Of a stretch of DNA of 64,000 nt, positions 61,531-64,000 are shown in pieces. Source of the DNA: Octopus sinensis (lineage: Eukaryota). Position numbers and translations under genes: made by a program. The stretch is taken from NCBI RefSeq assembly GCF_006345805.1, contig NC_042997.1, positions 77,810,001 to 77,874,000 on the forward strand. Reading direction: 5' to 3'. The notes beneath the pieces are model-generated. The model did not search any database, was not told the origin of the DNA, and saw only the letters and a program-made list of their open reading frames with translations. The number at the start of each line of letters is the position of its first letter. The first letter of the stretch is position 1.

Positions 61531-62681
61531 TGTATCTATGTATCAACTTTTCTTGTGATGTGATAAACATTTAAAAACACAAAATGAACACCGTCACCAC
61601 TCACTGTCTCTCTCACTCTCTCTTTCTCTCTCACTTCCTCTCTGTCCTCCTCTCTCTTGCTTTGCCAATTACTTCTTCCTTTGAGGTAAGTGTGACACAT
61701 ACCACAGGTATGGATGTACAAAAGCAACAAGTTAGCATATTCATATTTTTGATAACAGTAAGTATAATTTGTGCTGTAAAATGAGGTTTAGATGTGTACT
61801 AGCTTGGAAACAAGAGTTGCTTATCTGAACATTTTCTTTTTATAACTTTCACTCTTTGAGGCAAGGTTGTAAGTATCAGGTAGGGAATCTGAATGGAGCG
61901 AATTTATGAGAGGGTGGGGTGGGGGAAGAGGAAGTAATATCCTCATGTTAGCCAAATGGTAGAGCATTGAAGCTGCCCTATTCCCTAGAAGAAGTCAATG
62001 TGGCTTAACCACAGACAAAGCAAGCTACTAACCAACAGCTGACATAGGAAAGCAAGTGGATAACAAAACCGAGAAAGAGAGAGTCCAGAATTAGGGCTGG
62101 TTGAAGACAAAACATGAAGAGAAGGAAGAGTAAACAGAATGGAACGATTAGATTTCTTAACTTTACCATTAAATACTGCTAAAATACTGCTAAATACTGC
62201 TAAAGAATTATAATAAAGAGTGTGGAAAACTGGCAGAATCATTAGCATGTTGGGCAAAATGCTTAATGGCATTTCATTCGTCTTTATGTTCTGAGTTGAA
62301 ATTTTGCTGAGGTCAACTTTGCCTTTCATTCTTTTAGGGTCAATAAAACACTGTAAGTTGATTACATCAACCCTAGTTTATGTAATTGACTTATCTCCTC
62401 CCCCAAAATTGCTGGCCTGAGTTTAAGTACACAATATTTCATTTCGGTTTACTTATATCACTAATGTACTCATGAGCATTACATAATCTCATTCCATTTT
62501 TCTATTTTATTTTGCAAAATGGAACAAATACTCTTGGTGTCCAATGATGAAAGACATAGATTTCAGTCTATTTTATCTCAGAAAATGTCATTTTTTTTTA
62601 GAAAACATAGTAGTGTAACATTCTTTGATATTAACCAGAAAACATAAAGTTAAATTAATTTCCAATAAGTCAAGGAGAATA

Positions 62682-63945
62682 CAGGGTGCGGTGAATAAAT
62701 TGTCATCTAAATTACGCAAAAATGAAAATAACACTGACATCTTATTTTAACAGATATATTTACCAAAATTGCACAAAAATATCTTGAAATACTAAAGAGT
62801 AAATTTATTCAATAAAATTGCCATTGGCTTCAACTATGGCCTCCAGACAACTTTGGAATCTCCTGCAACTCTTCTGGATGGTCTTCTTGTATAAAGTTGG
62901 TGAATGCTGCCATTATCCTTGCCTTCAGTTCATCTTTTTGGTGTTGCAAGGAGTTTTGTTGGTCTCTTACTCAACTGCACTCCACACATAATAATCAAGG
63001 GAGTTGCAGTCTGGAAAGTTAGGTGGCCAGATGTTAGGGGTGATATGGTCGCAGAGATTGCCTGACAGCCATGACTGCATTCACCTGCTTATGTGGCATG
63101 GTGTAGAGTCATGTTGCTAGGGTCTTCCAGCAGCCACCCTCTTGACCCAGGGCAGCATTACCTCCTATAGGCACTTGATGTAGGCTTCTATGTTGAGTGT
63201 GAGGTTGTGTAGGAAGACGAATGGAGGCATAACATCATCATCACTAGTAATCATTCCAAATACCATGATGTTGACTGGATGTTTGATTTTTATCACTCTT
63301 GGTACATGTCTTGGGGACACGGCAAGCCAATGGCTATTCTGTACGTTCACCATCTGATCCTGGCAGAAATTTTTCTCATCTGAGAAAAACCAAAGCATGT
63401 TTGGTTGGAGGGGATACTTGAGTTTCTTCAAAAGCTTCTTGGCACGGTCTCTCCTCTTGTCCTTGATGGCTTGGGATAAAAATTGGCCCTTTATCATTTT
63501 GTATGAGGAATGCCAAATGTCTTCATGCACTACCTGCCTGATAAGAAACTCAGACACGCCCACTTCCCTGGTGATGAACCTGATTTGTTTTGGAGGGATC
63601 GTTGTCAATCATGGCCTGGATCTGACCAACAAATTCAGTTCTCAGAGTGAGTTTTCCAAGCTGTTGTACCTTTGTAATCACTATTAGACTCATTCAACTC
63701 TTTCCAAAACCTCTGCACTATCCTCAGATTGACACTCAACACTCTGAAATGTTCATATTGGAGCTTCTAATGTGAATGCCAAGCAATACAGCATATTGTT
63801 TCCAAATTTCTGACAGAGTGAATTGTGTTATGGTGCTGGTTTTCTCACAACTGATCCAACTATACTGTGTAGTCAACAAAATCAAAAACAAACAATGCAT
63901 GACATTAAAAATAGATAATTGCAACAAATAACCCATCGCACCCTG
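62682..63945 (-). mobile_element. Full-length decayed maT-family (DD37D) Tc1/mariner transposon (1264 bp)
   Basis: TA|CAGGGTGCG...CGCACCCTG|TA. Transposase relic WFFSDEKNF ... HDSTPCH-(37 aa spacing)-WPPNFPDCNSLDYYVW. Confidence 0.88.
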
Positions 63946-64000
63946 TACATGATGTTTGCATCAGTGTTTGAACTCATAAATTTTTGTTTGTTAATCCACT

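Overview
AT-rich, microsatellite-dense eukaryotic genomic DNA. The SINE, RTE and Penelope repeat complement looks like an octopod cephalopod genome (Octopus-like); that assignment is inferred from memory, not from a database search. Nearly all of the window is nested transposable elements: two Penelope-like retroelements (PLEs), Tx1/L1-like LINEs, RTE LINEs and their 3' ends, an R4/Dong-like relic, Helitrons, mariner and maT DNA transposons, hAT and piggyBac MITEs, and tRNA-derived SINEs. The only well-supported host coding sequence is a pair of spliced minus-strand exons at 55977-56914 encoding the C-terminus of a coiled-coil protein that resembles LRRC45. The most interesting observations are four. 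(1) A nearly intact Neptune-type PLE has a repeat-containing upstream reading frame that joins the RT/GIY-YIG ORF across a U-UUU-UUA -1 slippery site; its YxDD motif has lost one Asp, and its 3' end holds a minimal hammerhead ribozyme with a compensatory U3-A8 core. (2) A tRNA-headed SINE carries a PLE-type hammerhead. (3) A near-perfect 0.5-kb fold-back palindrome contains nested hairpins. (4) A Helitron contains only the 5' end of an L1. Several of these could be homopolymer or assembly errors and need checking against reads.
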